Assembly: GCA_964623895.1 (NCBI GenBank)
Contig: CAZUWA010000002.1
Coordinates: 3,636-67,635 of the forward strand
DNA: 64,000 bases
Reading direction: 5' to 3'
Source of the DNA: an uncultured Lachnospiraceae bacterium
GTDB taxonomy: Bacteria > Bacillota > Clostridia > Oscillospirales > CAG-272
Shown: positions 44,991 through 55,285 of the stretch, piece after piece
Numbering within the stretch: position 1 is the first letter of the stretch
Layout: each line of letters begins with the position of its first letter
Position numbers and translations under genes: made by a program
Notes under the pieces: model-generated
What the model was told of the DNA's origin: nothing
The model's database searches: none
What the model saw: only the letters and a program-made list of their open reading frames with translations

Positions 44991-47555
44991 ATGGAAAATA
45001 ATAACCAAGATCTTGAATTCAAAAATCAAAAGATCGTAGAAGTACACATGGAAAAAGAGGTGAAGAAATCCTTCATCGAATATGCCATGAGCGTCATTGT
45101 CAGCCGTGCTCTGCCCGATGTGCGAGACGGTTTGAAGCCGGTGCACCGCAGAATCTTATATTCGATGTTTGATGACAAACTGACTTCCGACAAGCCCTAT
45201 CGTAAATCGGCAACGACCGTCGGTAACGTGCTCGGTCATTACCATCCGCATGGTGACGCTTCTGTTTACGATGCTTTAGTGCGTCTTGCACAGGATTTTT
45301 CGATGCGTTATCCGCTTGTAGACGGTCACGGTAACTTCGGTAACCTTGACGGCGACGGTGCGGCTGCTTACCGTTATACCGAAGCAAGAATGTCAAAGAT
45401 CGCAAATGAGATGCTTCGTGACATCGACAAAAAAGTGGTCGATTTTATGCCGAACTTCGATAATAAATTGGAAGAGCCGGTCGTACTGCCGTCTCGTTTT
45501 CCAAACCTGCTTGTCAACGGGTCGGTCGGTATTGCTGTCGGTATGGCAACCAATGTTCCGCCTCACAACCTCGGTGAAGTTATTGACGGCACGGTCTATT
45601 TTATGGATCATCCGGATGCGACTGTCCCGGAACTGATGAATTTCATCAAAGGTCCGGATTTCCCGACCGGCGCGATCATTTGCGGTAAGCAGGGAATCCT
45701 CCATGCTTACACTACCGGAAAAGGCAAGATTCCGGTACGTGCACGCTGTACCGTTGAAGAAGACAAGCATCGCATCGTTGTCAGCGAAATTCCTTATATG
45801 GTCAATAAATCGGTTCTGGTCGAATCGATCGCAAATTGTCATAAAGACAAAAAAGTGGACGGTATCACGGGATTGCGTGATGAATCTTCCGGCAGAACAG
45901 GTCTGCGTATCGTTATCGAATACAGAAGAGATGCCAACCCGGAAGTTATCTTAAATCAACTTTATAAATATACCCAACTGCAAGACACTTGTTCGGTCAA
46001 TATGCTTGCGATCGTTGATAATGCTCCGAAGGTTTTGAGTCTGCCGCAGATCTTGCAGCATTACATTTCCTTCCAAGAGGATGTCATCATTCGCCGCACG
46101 AAGTTTGATCTTGACAAGGCGCTTGCGGAAATGCATATTCTTGAAGGATATAAGATCGCTATCAATAATATCGACGAGGTCATTGCCATTATCAAATCTT
46201 CCGCAAGCATTGGTGACGCAAGAGAAAAACTGATGGTTCGCTTTGCTTTGACCGAAGTGCAGGCGCAGGCAATTGTGGATATGACGCTTGGTAAACTCTC
46301 CGGTTTGGAACGTCAAAAGGTGGAAGAACGTCTTGCAAAATTGGCTGCGGTAGTGGCAGAATTGGAAGCAATCCTCAAGGATGAAGGACGGATCAAGAAT
46401 ATCATCAAAGATGAACTTCTTGCGATCAAGGCAAAATATTCCGACGAACGCCGCACAGAGATCGGTGCACCGGTGGATGATATCATCATTGAAGATCTGA
46501 TTGAGCGTCACACAGCGGTCATTACCGTCAGTGAAGCGGGCTATATCAAGAGATTGACTGCCGATACCTATCAGGCACAGCGTCGCGGCGGCAAAGGCAT
46601 TACCGGTATGACCACCAAGGAAGAAGACCGTGTGGTCGATGTGGTGGCAGTTGATTCACATTCATATTTGATGATGTTCACCAATTTCGGAAAAGTTCAG
46701 GTCATTAAGGCATATATGATCCCGGAAAGCAGTAGGATCGCAAAGGGAACGAATCTTGTCAATATTCTCAATCTTGAAAAAGACGAGCATGTGACTGCGA
46801 TGCTGTCTGTTTCCGACTTTGATATGGATGATGACTCTGAGGAATGTATTCTTTTCGTGACGGCAAACGGTACGGTCAAGAGAACGGCGTTGTCCGAATT
46901 TGCTTACCGAAGAAAAGGCGGAAAGCGTGCACTTACCCTCGATGAAGGGGACGAATTGGTCTATGCACGCCATACAACCGGCAGTGATCGCATCATCATT
47001 GCTACCAAGAATGGTCTTGCGACCTGCTTTGACGAGCAGGATGCGCGTGTGATGGGCAGAAATGCACGTGGTGTGCGCGGCATTCGTTTGGAAGAAGGCG
47101 ACCGTGTGACGGGTGTGGCACTTGTGGAAGAAGGAAAACAACTCATCACCGTTACAGAACAGGGCTACGGCAAGCAGAGTAAGTTTGAGGACTTCTCGGT
47201 ACACAACCGCGGCGGTAAGGGCTGTATTTGCCATAATCTAAACGAAAAGACCGGCAAACTGGTCGGCATTGCCTCCGTTTCGGAAGAGGATGACTTGATG
47301 CTCATCACCGATGAAGGCATTGTCATTCGTGTGGCAGTTTCCGATATTCCCACCTATAGCAGAACTGCAGGGGGCGTTATTGTTATGCGCGTTTCGGAAG
47401 GACAAAGGATCGTAAATTTCACGGTTACTGCCAAAGAGGAAGAGGAATCGGTTGAAATTTCAGGAGAAAAAACGGACACACCGGCGGTAGAAACAGAGGA
47501 AGTTAAAGTTTCCGAAGAGCTTCAAAGATCGGAAGAAAACGGCAGTGAGGAATAA
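44991..47555 (+). CDS. gyrA: DNA gyrase subunit A
   Basis: ALPDVRDGLKPVHRRILY, HPHGDASVYDALVRLAQ and AAAYRYTEARM (the active-site Tyr region). The tail is acidic. Confidence 0.96.
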   Translation: MENNNQDLEFKNQKIVEVHMEKEVKKSFIEYAMSVIVSRALPDVRDGLKPVHRRILYSMFDDKLTSDKPYRKSATTVGNVLGHYHPHGDASVYDALVRLAQDFSMRYPLVDGHGNFGNLDGDGAAAYRYTEARMSKIANEMLRDIDKKVVDFMPNFDNKLEEPVVLPSRFPNLLVNGSVGIAVGMATNVPPHNLGEVIDGTVYFMDHPDATVPELMNFIKGPDFPTGAIICGKQGILHAYTTGKGKIPVRARCTVEEDKHRIVVSEIPYMVNKSVLVESIANCHKDKKVDGITGLRDESSGRTGLRIVIEYRRDANPEVILNQLYKYTQLQDTCSVNMLAIVDNAPKVLSLPQILQHYISFQEDVIIRRTKFDLDKALAEMHILEGYKIAINNIDEVIAIIKSSASIGDAREKLMVRFALTEVQAQAIVDMTLGKLSGLERQKVEERLAKLAAVVAELEAILKDEGRIKNIIKDELLAIKAKYSDERRTEIGAPVDDIIIEDLIERHTAVITVSEAGYIKRLTADTYQAQRRGGKGITGMTTKEEDRVVDVVAVDSHSYLMMFTNFGKVQVIKAYMIPESSRIAKGTNLVNILNLEKDEHVTAMLSVSDFDMDDDSEECILFVTANGTVKRTALSEFAYRRKGGKRALTLDEGDELVYARHTTGSDRIIIATKNGLATCFDEQDARVMGRNARGVRGIRLEEGDRVTGVALVEEGKQLITVTEQGYGKQSKFEDFSVHNRGGKGCICHNLNEKTGKLVGIASVSEEDDLMLITDEGIVIRVAVSDIPTYSRTAGGVIVMRVSEGQRIVNFTVTAKEEEESVEISGEKTDTPAVETEEVKVSEELQRSEENGSEE

Positions 47556-48143
47556 ATGAAGAGAGTAAGATTGATTTCCGGATGTATTTCCCTGCTTCTC
47601 CTTGTTTCCGTGGTTTTCGGATTTTCCTCCTGCGCGCTTTTGCAAAAACCGGAGGAGAGCGAGATCAAAGAAGCGATGGAGAAGTTGCTCCCTATTAGTA
47701 GGGAAGCAACAGATATCGTCTATGGCGAAGGAATCAAAATAGATGAAAATTTTGTGATCGATCCGGACTGGACGACTGCACATTATGCTCCGGTTTCCTA
47801 TGATTACAAGTATCAGACGGTGGATGATCTAAAATCGCTGATCCGTTCGGCATTTTCAGAAGGATATGCAGAGGAAATGTATGAATATGCGTTCGTCAGC
47901 AATGATGAATTCATGTCGCGATTTGGAGAAAAAAGCGGAAAATTGACGATGGACGTTACCAAAGATCCTTTTCATCTTGCCACCGACATCTATATCGAAA
48001 CGACAAAGATCGTCAGCGGCAGCAGATATGCCTGTGTGGTCGAAGTGGAAATGTCAAACGACGAGGGTGCAACACGCTATACCGAACATTTACGGCTGGT
48101 GAAAGAAAACGATCAGTGGAAATTCGACGGTCCAACTTACTGA
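47556..48143 (+). CDS. Hypothetical lipoprotein
   Basis: Lipobox GFSSC. The ATG directly abuts the gyrA stop codon. The C-terminus (HLRLVKENDQWKFDGPTY) suggests an NTF2-like fold, which is an inference. Confidence 0.5.
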   Translation: MKRVRLISGCISLLLLVSVVFGFSSCALLQKPEESEIKEAMEKLLPISREATDIVYGEGIKIDENFVIDPDWTTAHYAPVSYDYKYQTVDDLKSLIRSAFSEGYAEEMYEYAFVSNDEFMSRFGEKSGKLTMDVTKDPFHLATDIYIETTKIVSGSRYACVVEVEMSNDEGATRYTEHLRLVKENDQWKFDGPTY

Positions 48144-48177
48144 ATACAGATAGACAGATAGAAAAGGAATCAATAAA

Positions 48178-49305
48178 ATGGCAAAAGCAAAAAAAGAAAA
48201 GGTCGCTGTTGCGCAGGTTACCGACGAAGAAGGTAAGAAAAAAGCGTTAAACACCGCCATTTCACAGATCGAAAAGAAATTCGGCGCAGGTACCATTATG
48301 CGCCTTGGAGACAGCACCTCCATGGTGGTTTCTGTCGTTTCTACCGGATCGCTTACATTGGATATGGCGCTCGGCGTCGGTGGGCTTCCTAAAGGCAGAA
48401 TTGTTGAGATCTTCGGACCTGAATCTTCAGGTAAGACAACGGTCGCTCTGCATGCCGTTGCGGAAGTGCAGAGAATGGGCGGCGTGGCAGCATTCGTCGA
48501 CGCGGAGCATGCGCTCGATCCGAAATATGCGGAAGCACTTGGTGTAAACATTGCCGATATGTTGGTCTCTCAGCCCGATTCCGGTGAACAGGCACTTGAC
48601 GTCACCGAAGCGCTGGTGCGTTCGGGAGCGGTCGACATCGTCGTTGTAGACTCGGTGGCGGCATTGGTGCCTCAGCAGGAGATCGACGGGGACATGGGCG
48701 CTTCGCATGTCGGATTACATGCAAGACTGATGAGCCAAGCGTTGCGGAAACTTTCCGGTGCGATCTCAAAATCTAATTGCGTGGTGGTATTCATCAACCA
48801 GTTACGTGAAAAGGTGGGCGTCTTATATGGCAATCCGGAAGTTACTACAGGCGGACGGGCACTCAAATTCTACGCGTCGGTTCGTATTGAGGTCAGAAGG
48901 AGCGAGAACCTGAAGAACGGCACTGAGATCTACGGATCGCGCACAAAATGCAAGGTCGTGAAAAATAAGGTCGCACCGCCGTTTAAGACCGCAGAATTCG
49001 ACATTATTTACGGTAAGGGTATTTCTAAGGTCGGAGAGATCATCGATATGGCAATGGATCTCGGTATCATCGAGCGTTCGGGCGCATTCTTCTATTATGA
49101 AGGAAACCGCATCGGACAGGGGAAGGACAATGCAAAGAAATTCATTGAAGAAAATGTCGAATTGCAGAAGGAACTTGAAGAAAAGCTGAAGGCAATGAAA
49201 GATCAGTTGCCGGAAGGGGACAGTACTGTGTTTTTGTCTGAGGATGATGACGGGGGAGATGATTTCGATATCTCAGTGCTCGGATTGGGTGATGAAAACG
49301 AGTGA
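48178..49305 (+). CDS. recA: Recombinase RecA
   Basis: [22 protein letters not shown], Walker [24 protein letters not shown] and the acidic C-terminus. Confidence 0.96.
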   Translation: MAKAKKEKVAVAQVTDEEGKKKALNTAISQIEKKFGAGTIMRLGDSTSMVVSVVSTGSLTLDMALGVGGLPKGRIVEIFGPESSGKTTVALHAVAEVQRMGGVAAFVDAEHALDPKYAEALGVNIADMLVSQPDSGEQALDVTEALVRSGAVDIVVVDSVAALVPQQEIDGDMGASHVGLHARLMSQALRKLSGAISKSNCVVVFINQLREKVGVLYGNPEVTTGGRALKFYASVRIEVRRSENLKNGTEIYGSRTKCKVVKNKVAPPFKTAEFDIIYGKGISKVGEIIDMAMDLGIIERSGAFFYYEGNRIGQGKDNAKKFIEENVELQKELEEKLKAMKDQLPEGDSTVFLSEDDDGGDDFDISVLGLGDENE

Positions 49306-49342
49306 TATCGAGTTCTTCACCGAAAAAACGGTATAAAAGGAT

Positions 49343-49978
49343 GTGCACAGCGGCTCTGTTCTTCGGCACATAGGTAGAGTCAATAAAAATGCAGTTTCAG
49401 ATCGATATGCAATGAGCAGAACGAGGAGACGGTATAGGTTTAAAGAAATGTGGAAAAACAGGAAAAACAATCAGATCGAGGATACTGCGGAAAATGCAAT
49501 GCGAACGGCAATTTCTCTGCTCGCATATAAAGAAAACACCAAGAAGGAGTTGTTTTCAAAACTGGTCGAGCGCGGATATTCCAGGGAAAATGCGATGGAA
49601 GCGGTTGATTTTACTGTGGGAAAAGGATATTTGTCGGAAGAGCGCTATTTAGATCGCTATATTGAAAGTTGCGTAAAGAGTTTGTATGGCAAGAATAGGA
49701 TCTTGATGACAGCACGGAAAAAGGGCTTTGAAGAGGATTTGTTTACAAATGACTTGTTTACCTCTGTCAATTTTGATGAGTACTGTTATGTTGCTCTTTT
49801 AAAATGCAAAAAAACAAATGCCAATAAGGCAAGAAATACTTTACTTCGCCGTGGCTATTCCTCTGCGGAGATCACTCGTTCTCTTAAGAGATATTTGACT
49901 GAAAACGGCGTGCCGTACGGCAGTGAAGAACAAGAAGAGGATCTTTATATAGAAGCTTTTTCAGACGACGATATTTAA
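49343..49978 (+). CDS. recX: Regulatory protein RecX
   Basis: It lies directly after recA and has three-helix repeats (AENAMRTAISLLAYKENTKKELFSKLVERGYSRENAMEAVDF...). The true start is probably downstream (ATG at 49412 or 49448). Confidence 0.7.
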   Translation: MHSGSVLRHIGRVNKNAVSDRYAMSRTRRRYRFKEMWKNRKNNQIEDTAENAMRTAISLLAYKENTKKELFSKLVERGYSRENAMEAVDFTVGKGYLSEERYLDRYIESCVKSLYGKNRILMTARKKGFEEDLFTNDLFTSVNFDEYCYVALLKCKKTNANKARNTLLRRGYSSAEITRSLKRYLTENGVPYGSEEQEEDLYIEAFSDDDI

Positions 49979-49995
49979 AAAGGAATTTTGGAAAA

Positions 49996-51333
49996 ATGAA
50001 TAAAAATGCAAAAGTAAGTTTTGTTTCGCTCGGATGCAGCAAAAACAAGGTCAATACCGAAGAGATGCTGTATTTGGTAAAGGAAGCGGGATATGAGATC
50101 GTTACCGAGGACATTGATGCCGACGTAGTGGTCATCAACAGTTGCGCTTTCATCGAGAGCGCAAAAAAAGAGAGCATTGACACTATCTTGGATGTTGCGT
50201 GGCTGAAAGAAAATCGCCATTTAAAAGGAATCGTTGTGACAGGGTGTATGAGCGAACGCTATCGCGAACAGATCCTCGATGCGATGCCGGAAGTGGATGC
50301 TGTGATCGGCACGGGCAGTTATGATAAGGTCGTTGAAGCGATCGATTCCGTTTTGGAAGGGAAAAAGTATACTTCCTTTGAGGATAAGGATGTCTGTACG
50401 CTCGGAGGAAAACGTATTCTGACCGAAACCGGTTATTCTGCATATTTGAAGATCGGTGAAGGATGTAATAACCGTTGTACTTACTGCGCTATTCCCCTCA
50501 TTCGCGGTAAGTTCCGTTCAAGACCGATGGAAGAGTTGGTGGATGAAGCGAAGTGGTTGGACAGTCTCGGTGTAAAGGAGATCAACCTGATCGCACAGGA
50601 CACTTCGATATACGGCATTGATCTGTACGGGGAGTACAAACTTGCGGAACTGATCCAAAAGATCACAGCGGAAACAAATATTCCTTGGATTCGTGTTTTG
50701 TATTGCTATCCCGACAAGATCACAGACGAGTTGATCGAGGAATTCAGAAGCAATCAGCGATTGGTGCACTATCTTGATCTGCCGATTCAACATATCAACG
50801 ACGGTGTTTTAAAGGCGATGAACCGTCACGGAGACGGCGCGCTTATTAAAGATACCATTGCACGCATCCGTTCGGCAGTACCGGATATCGTATTGCGCTC
50901 AACAGGTATCGTCGGGTTTCCGGGCGAGAGCGAAGAGGCATTTGAGGAATTCTGCGACTTCATCAAGGAAGTGAAATTTGACAAATTCGGTACTTTCCCT
51001 TATTCGAGAGAGGAAGATACCCCTGCATACGACCTTCCTTGCCAGATCGACGAGCAGGTCAAGCAGGATCGTCTTGATACCTTGATGGCGATCCAAATGG
51101 AGATCAGTGCCGAGAAGGCAAAGGAAAAAGTGGGGGATATTCTTGAAGTCATGGTAGAAGGCTACGATCCCGTTTCCGAAGCGTGCTATGGCAGAAGTAA
51201 GGCGGATGCACCCGATATTGACGGAAAAGTTTTCTTTACTTCCGGCAAACGCTACACGGCGGGAGAGATCATCAAAGTGAAGATCACCGAGAGCATGGAC
51301 TATGACTTGATCGGAGAAGCGTTGCCCTTTTGA
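49996..51333 (+). CDS. rimO: Ribosomal protein S12 methylthiotransferase
   Basis: MTTase N-domain (VSFVSLGCSKNKVNTE), the radical SAM motif CNNRCTYCAIP and a C-terminal TRAM domain. Confidence 0.88.
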   Translation: MNKNAKVSFVSLGCSKNKVNTEEMLYLVKEAGYEIVTEDIDADVVVINSCAFIESAKKESIDTILDVAWLKENRHLKGIVVTGCMSERYREQILDAMPEVDAVIGTGSYDKVVEAIDSVLEGKKYTSFEDKDVCTLGGKRILTETGYSAYLKIGEGCNNRCTYCAIPLIRGKFRSRPMEELVDEAKWLDSLGVKEINLIAQDTSIYGIDLYGEYKLAELIQKITAETNIPWIRVLYCYPDKITDELIEEFRSNQRLVHYLDLPIQHINDGVLKAMNRHGDGALIKDTIARIRSAVPDIVLRSTGIVGFPGESEEAFEEFCDFIKEVKFDKFGTFPYSREEDTPAYDLPCQIDEQVKQDRLDTLMAIQMEISAEKAKEKVGDILEVMVEGYDPVSEACYGRSKADAPDIDGKVFFTSGKRYTAGEIIKVKITESMDYDLIGEALPF

Positions 51334-51399
51334 GGCGATAAAAGATTGTCGATTTTTGTAAGATGATTATTTTGTTTTTACAAGAAAGGAATTACAGAT

Positions 51400-52299
51400 A
51401 TGACGCTTGTTATTCTTGCAGCGGGTATGGGCTCGCGCTACGGCGGATTGAAGCAGGTAGATGCGATGACGGAAAAAGGAGAAGCAATTCTCGATTTTTC
51501 GGTCTTTGATGCAAAAAGAGCCGGCTTTGACCGTGTTTGCTTTATCATTAAGAAGGAAATCGAAGAAGAATTCAAGGAGAAGGTCGGCAATAAGATCGCA
51601 GAACATATTGAAGTTGTCTATGCGTATCAAGCGCTTGACAAACTTCCTGATTGGTTCACTTTACCGGAAGATCGTGTCAAGCCTTGGGGAACGGCACATG
51701 CCCTTCTTTGCGCAAAAAATGAGATCGGAAACGATTTGATGATCGTTTTGAATGCCGATGATTTCTACGGAAAAGAGACTTTCAGCGTGCTTGCTGATTT
51801 CTTGAAGACCGCAAGATCCGGTGAATTTGCGATGGCAGGCTACATTTTGAAAAACACCCTGACCGAAAACGGCAGTGTTTCGAGAGGTATTTGTATCACC
51901 GATGAAAACGGCTATTTAACAGAGATCAACGAGCGTACCAAGATCTACAAAAAGGCGGACGGAACGACCGTATATCAAGAAAACGGCAAAGAGATTCTCG
52001 TCGATGAAAACAGCATTGTTTCGATGAACTGTTGGGCATTCACAAGCGATATTTTCGATCTTGCAGAAGAATATTTTGAAAAATTCTTAAAGGCACCGAC
52101 GGATGATCCGTTAAAGAGAGAATTTTATCTTCCGTTCTGCGTGAACGAAGCAATGCATGACGGGAAATGTACGGTTAAGGTCTTACCCGTTCCGGCTAAG
52201 TGGTACGGTGTGACTTATCCGGAGGATAAACCAAAGGTAGTTGCCTCTATTCGTGCCCTGATCGAAGCTGATGAATATCCAAACGGACTGTTTAAATAA
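51400..52299 (+). CDS. Sugar-phosphate nucleotidyltransferase family protein
   Basis: N-terminal LVILAAGMGSRYGGLKQ (the G-x-G-x-R nucleotide-binding loop) and VLNADDFYG. Confidence 0.6.
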   Translation: MTLVILAAGMGSRYGGLKQVDAMTEKGEAILDFSVFDAKRAGFDRVCFIIKKEIEEEFKEKVGNKIAEHIEVVYAYQALDKLPDWFTLPEDRVKPWGTAHALLCAKNEIGNDLMIVLNADDFYGKETFSVLADFLKTARSGEFAMAGYILKNTLTENGSVSRGICITDENGYLTEINERTKIYKKADGTTVYQENGKEILVDENSIVSMNCWAFTSDIFDLAEEYFEKFLKAPTDDPLKREFYLPFCVNEAMHDGKCTVKVLPVPAKWYGVTYPEDKPKVVASIRALIEADEYPNGLFK

Positions 52300-52300
52300 T

Positions 52301-52828
52301 ATGACGGGCGTGAAAGAACGCCTTGCGCAGTATTTGATCTTCAAAAAGGAAAAGATCACCTTTGCCGAGTCCTGCACCGCAGGGTTGCTTTCCGCGACTT
52401 TCTGTACCGTTCCCGGTGTTTCCGCGGTTTATGACGGTGGCATCTGCAGTTATGCCAATGAAGTCAAGGAGCACTTTTTGGGTGTTCCGAAGGATGTTCT
52501 GTTGACCGACGGCGCAGTGAGCGCACGCTGTGCCGAAGCGATGGCACGGGGAGCGGCAAAACTCTTCTCTGCAGACATGGCGATCTCGGTAACGGGTATT
52601 GCGGGTCCGGGCGGCGGAAGTACGGAAAAGCCGGTCGGAACGGTCTATTTTGCTTGCTTTTATAAAGGAAGGGTCAATGTACGGCACTGCCTTTTTGAGG
52701 GTGACAGACAGGCGGTCAGAGAGCAGAGCGTCGAAAAAGCATTTGCACTGGCACTTGAGACGGCGGAAGTGCCGCCCGATGAGGAAAGGCGCGGTCTTGA
52801 TAATGGAAAAAATTCTGATTTGCAGTGA
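52301..52828 (+). CDS. pncC: CinA-family nicotinamide-nucleotide amidohydrolase (PncC domain only)
   Basis: ITFAESCTAGLLSATF, AVSARCAEAMARGA and ISVTGIAGPGGGSTEKPVGTVYFA. The ATG at 52301 follows the previous stop by 1 nt. Confidence 0.82.
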   Translation: MTGVKERLAQYLIFKKEKITFAESCTAGLLSATFCTVPGVSAVYDGGICSYANEVKEHFLGVPKDVLLTDGAVSARCAEAMARGAAKLFSADMAISVTGIAGPGGGSTEKPVGTVYFACFYKGRVNVRHCLFEGDRQAVREQSVEKAFALALETAEVPPDEERRGLDNGKNSDLQ

Positions 52829-53573
52829 TTTTGACGGCACGGTCGGCGGTTCTTCCGAGCGGTTGGCGCATGATCTTGAAATGATCGAAAGGCTTCGCAC
52901 TGCAGGGCATCTTTTCGGTTTGGTCAGCGGACGAAATGCCGCAGGACTGCGGTGGGTACGGGAAAAATATGCCATTCCGGTCGATTTTCTGATGTCCAGT
53001 AGCGGCGGAAGTTGTCATATCGACGGAGAATTGCTCTTTTCCGTCGATGCAGGTGCGGCGCTCGTCTATCCGTTGGCGGAATTTCTTATGAAACGCGGCT
53101 CGGGGATGGTCGTTGTCAACCATGCGGACGGTGCAGATTTTCTTTATTATCGTCATAGCGACGGAAGGGAAGATTGGTTGATGCCGCGTAGCAAATGGCA
53201 GGATCTCGCGCGTCCTTTTCCGCAGGTCTCCGGATATTTTAAAGATTACTCTGCCTGTCGTGCGGTGGGTGACGAAATGGAGCGCCTGTTCCCGACTTTA
53301 ACGGCTTTGCCGAATGACGACTGTTTAGATATCGTGCCGAAAGGTAGCAATAAAGCGGTCGGTATTGCGCGATTGGCAATGTATTACGGCATCAAAAAGG
53401 AAAACATTTTCACTGTCGGGGATAATTTCAACGATTTACATATGTTGGACTCCTATAACAGTTTTGTTGTGGAAAACGCACCGGATGAGGTGAAAAAACA
53501 TGCCACTGTCGGTATTACCCCTTCGGTTGGCAATATGATCGAACAAATATTAAAAACGAGATGTTCCGGTTAG
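52803..53573 (+). CDS. HAD-superfamily (Cof-type) hydrolase
   Basis: MEKILICSDFDGTVGG (motif I, DxDGT), GRN..., and GDNFNDLHML (motif IV). The longer ORF-track start at 52599 would overlap pncC extensively. Confidence 0.72.
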   Translation: MEKILICSDFDGTVGGSSERLAHDLEMIERLRTAGHLFGLVSGRNAAGLRWVREKYAIPVDFLMSSSGGSCHIDGELLFSVDAGAALVYPLAEFLMKRGSGMVVVNHADGADFLYYRHSDGREDWLMPRSKWQDLARPFPQVSGYFKDYSACRAVGDEMERLFPTLTALPNDDCLDIVPKGSNKAVGIARLAMYYGIKKENIFTVGDNFNDLHMLDSYNSFVVENAPDEVKKHATVGITPSVGNMIEQILKTRCSG

Positions 53574-53590
53574 GAACACCTCGTTTTTTT
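53554..53590 (+). terminator. Intrinsic terminator overlapping the HAD gene stop codon
   Basis: AAACGAG..GTTCC, loop GGTTA, GGAAC..CTCGTTT, followed by TTTT. Confidence 0.65.
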
Positions 53591-53709
53591 GATGAATTAT
53601 GCCAATCTTTTAAAGGATTGCCGGCTCTTAACCTTGCTATCTTTAAAAAATCGGACGAAAACTTTAATATGGGAAAAGTTTGCGGTTTTAAAGGCAGAAC
53701 TTCCGGTAC

Positions 53710-54711
53710 TCACTTGATCAACAATTGTGCGATCTGTACGGCGTTGGCAGCGGCGCCTTTACGGATCTGATCGCCGCAACAGAAAAGGTTTAGCCCGTTT
53801 TCTTCCGTGAGGTCCTCTCTGATCCTGCCGACATATACGGTGTCAATGCCGGTGTTGTGTAACGGCATCGGATAAACGGCGGCGTTGGTATCATTTGCAA
53901 GAGCAACTCCGTTTGCCGCACCGATCGCAGTGATCGCTTCGTCAACGGTGACCTTTCTCTCGGTCACGATAGTAGCAGAGATAGAATGGGAGCGCATGAC
54001 CGGCACTCTGACGCAGGTACAGGAGACCTTCATCTCTGGCAGATGTAAAATCTTTCTGCCTTCGTTCTGCAATTTCATTTCTTCGCTTGTATAGCCGTTT
54101 TCTCCCGCGGAACCAATGGCCGGGATAAGGTTGAAGGCGATCGGGTAGGCGAATGTATTGTTTTTCAGTTCTTCCCCTTTGACATAGGAAGCAACCTGAT
54201 CCTCCAAGTCTTTGATGCCGCCGACACCTGCACCGGATACGGCTTGGTAGGTAGATACGACCATTTTTTTGATAGGGGAGACCTTTGCAATCGGTGCGAC
54301 TGCCATTAAAGTGATGATGGTCGAACAGTTGGGATTGGAGATGATTCCATGATGATTTTTGACGTCCTCGCCGTTGATCTCCGGTACTACCAACGGCACA
54401 TCGTGATCAAGACGGAAAGCGGAGGAGTTGTCGATAAAGACTGCGCCCGCCTTGACGATAGCAGAAGCGAAACGCTTGGCAATGTCGTTTTCAGCAGCGC
54501 CCAAGACGATATCGCATCCTTCAAAAGCGATATCGGTCGCTTCTTTGATAGTAACTTCTTTTCCCTTAAAGGGTATGGTCTTTCCCGCACTTCTTGCCGA
54601 TGCAAGTGGCAGAAGCTCGCCGACCGGAAAATTATATTCCTCTAAAATGGAGATCATCTCTCTGCCGACTGCACCGGTGGCGCCGAGTACGGCAACTTTA
54701 TACTGTTTCAT
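53710..54711 (-). CDS. asd: Aspartate-semialdehyde dehydrogenase
   Basis: KVAVLGATGAVGREM and the active-site region IISNPNCSTIITLM. About 333 aa (the short Gram-positive form). A TTGCAT-17-TATCAT promoter-like pair lies upstream on the minus strand. Confidence 0.92.
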   Translation of the reverse strand: MKQYKVAVLGATGAVGREMISILEEYNFPVGELLPLASARSAGKTIPFKGKEVTIKEATDIAFEGCDIVLGAAENDIAKRFASAIVKAGAVFIDNSSAFRLDHDVPLVVPEINGEDVKNHHGIISNPNCSTIITLMAVAPIAKVSPIKKMVVSTYQAVSGAGVGGIKDLEDQVASYVKGEELKNNTFAYPIAFNLIPAIGSAGENGYTSEEMKLQNEGRKILHLPEMKVSCTCVRVPVMRSHSISATIVTERKVTVDEAITAIGAANGVALANDTNAAVYPMPLHNTGIDTVYVGRIREDLTEENGLNLFCCGDQIRKGAAANAVQIAQLLIK

Positions 54712-54881
54712 TTTGTTACCTCATTTCTATATAGTATATGCAAATCCTTCCGAAATGTCAATTCCTCCTCATGATACCACAATCGCGGAAAAAATGCAAC
54801 AGAAATCTTATAAAATATTGGAAGACTCGTTCATTTCTTCCGAATTTTCATATAATTGTTGCTTGCAAGAAGGGATAAAAA

Positions 54882-55184
54882 ATGTTATTCTCAATAAAAA
54901 GCGGAAACGAGGTGCTTCTGATGTTTAAAATTATTCAAAGAGGGTATCGGTACATAGAAAAAAGAAAGGCGGTGCTACCGCAGTTCTTCTTTCACAGCGG
55001 CGCGGCAATAACGATCCTGCTGTTGCTTTACACTTTGTTTGATCTGTGCATTACTTTGGAGCATGGAGTATTTGCGGATCTTCAAGAACGGATCGTCCCA
55101 CTCTTGGAGCACGCGCTCGTTTGCGGAATTATTCAAATGGGTACTGCGGCTTTAATGCGTAGTATATCAGACACTTCACGATAG
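54882..55184 (+). CDS. Hypothetical small protein (weak call)
   Basis: 100-aa ORF with one hydrophobic segment (AAITILLLLYTLFDLCI). No clear RBS and no recognised family. Confidence 0.25.
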   Translation: MLFSIKSGNEVLLMFKIIQRGYRYIEKRKAVLPQFFFHSGAAITILLLLYTLFDLCITLEHGVFADLQERIVPLLEHALVCGIIQMGTAALMRSISDTSR

Positions 55185-55285
55185 GTTTTTACTTTTTTTA
55201 TATAATTTGGCGTTTTTTTCAAAAAAGTCTTGACAAAAACAAAATAATATGACATAATGACAAAAAAAGTTAGGAGGAAATCCAA

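Noticed and set aside
52292-52975. 227-aa ORF on the minus strand
   Set aside because: It is entirely antisense to the well-supported pncC and HAD hydrolase genes. It is Arg/Cys-rich and low-complexity, with no RBS, so it is a shadow ORF.
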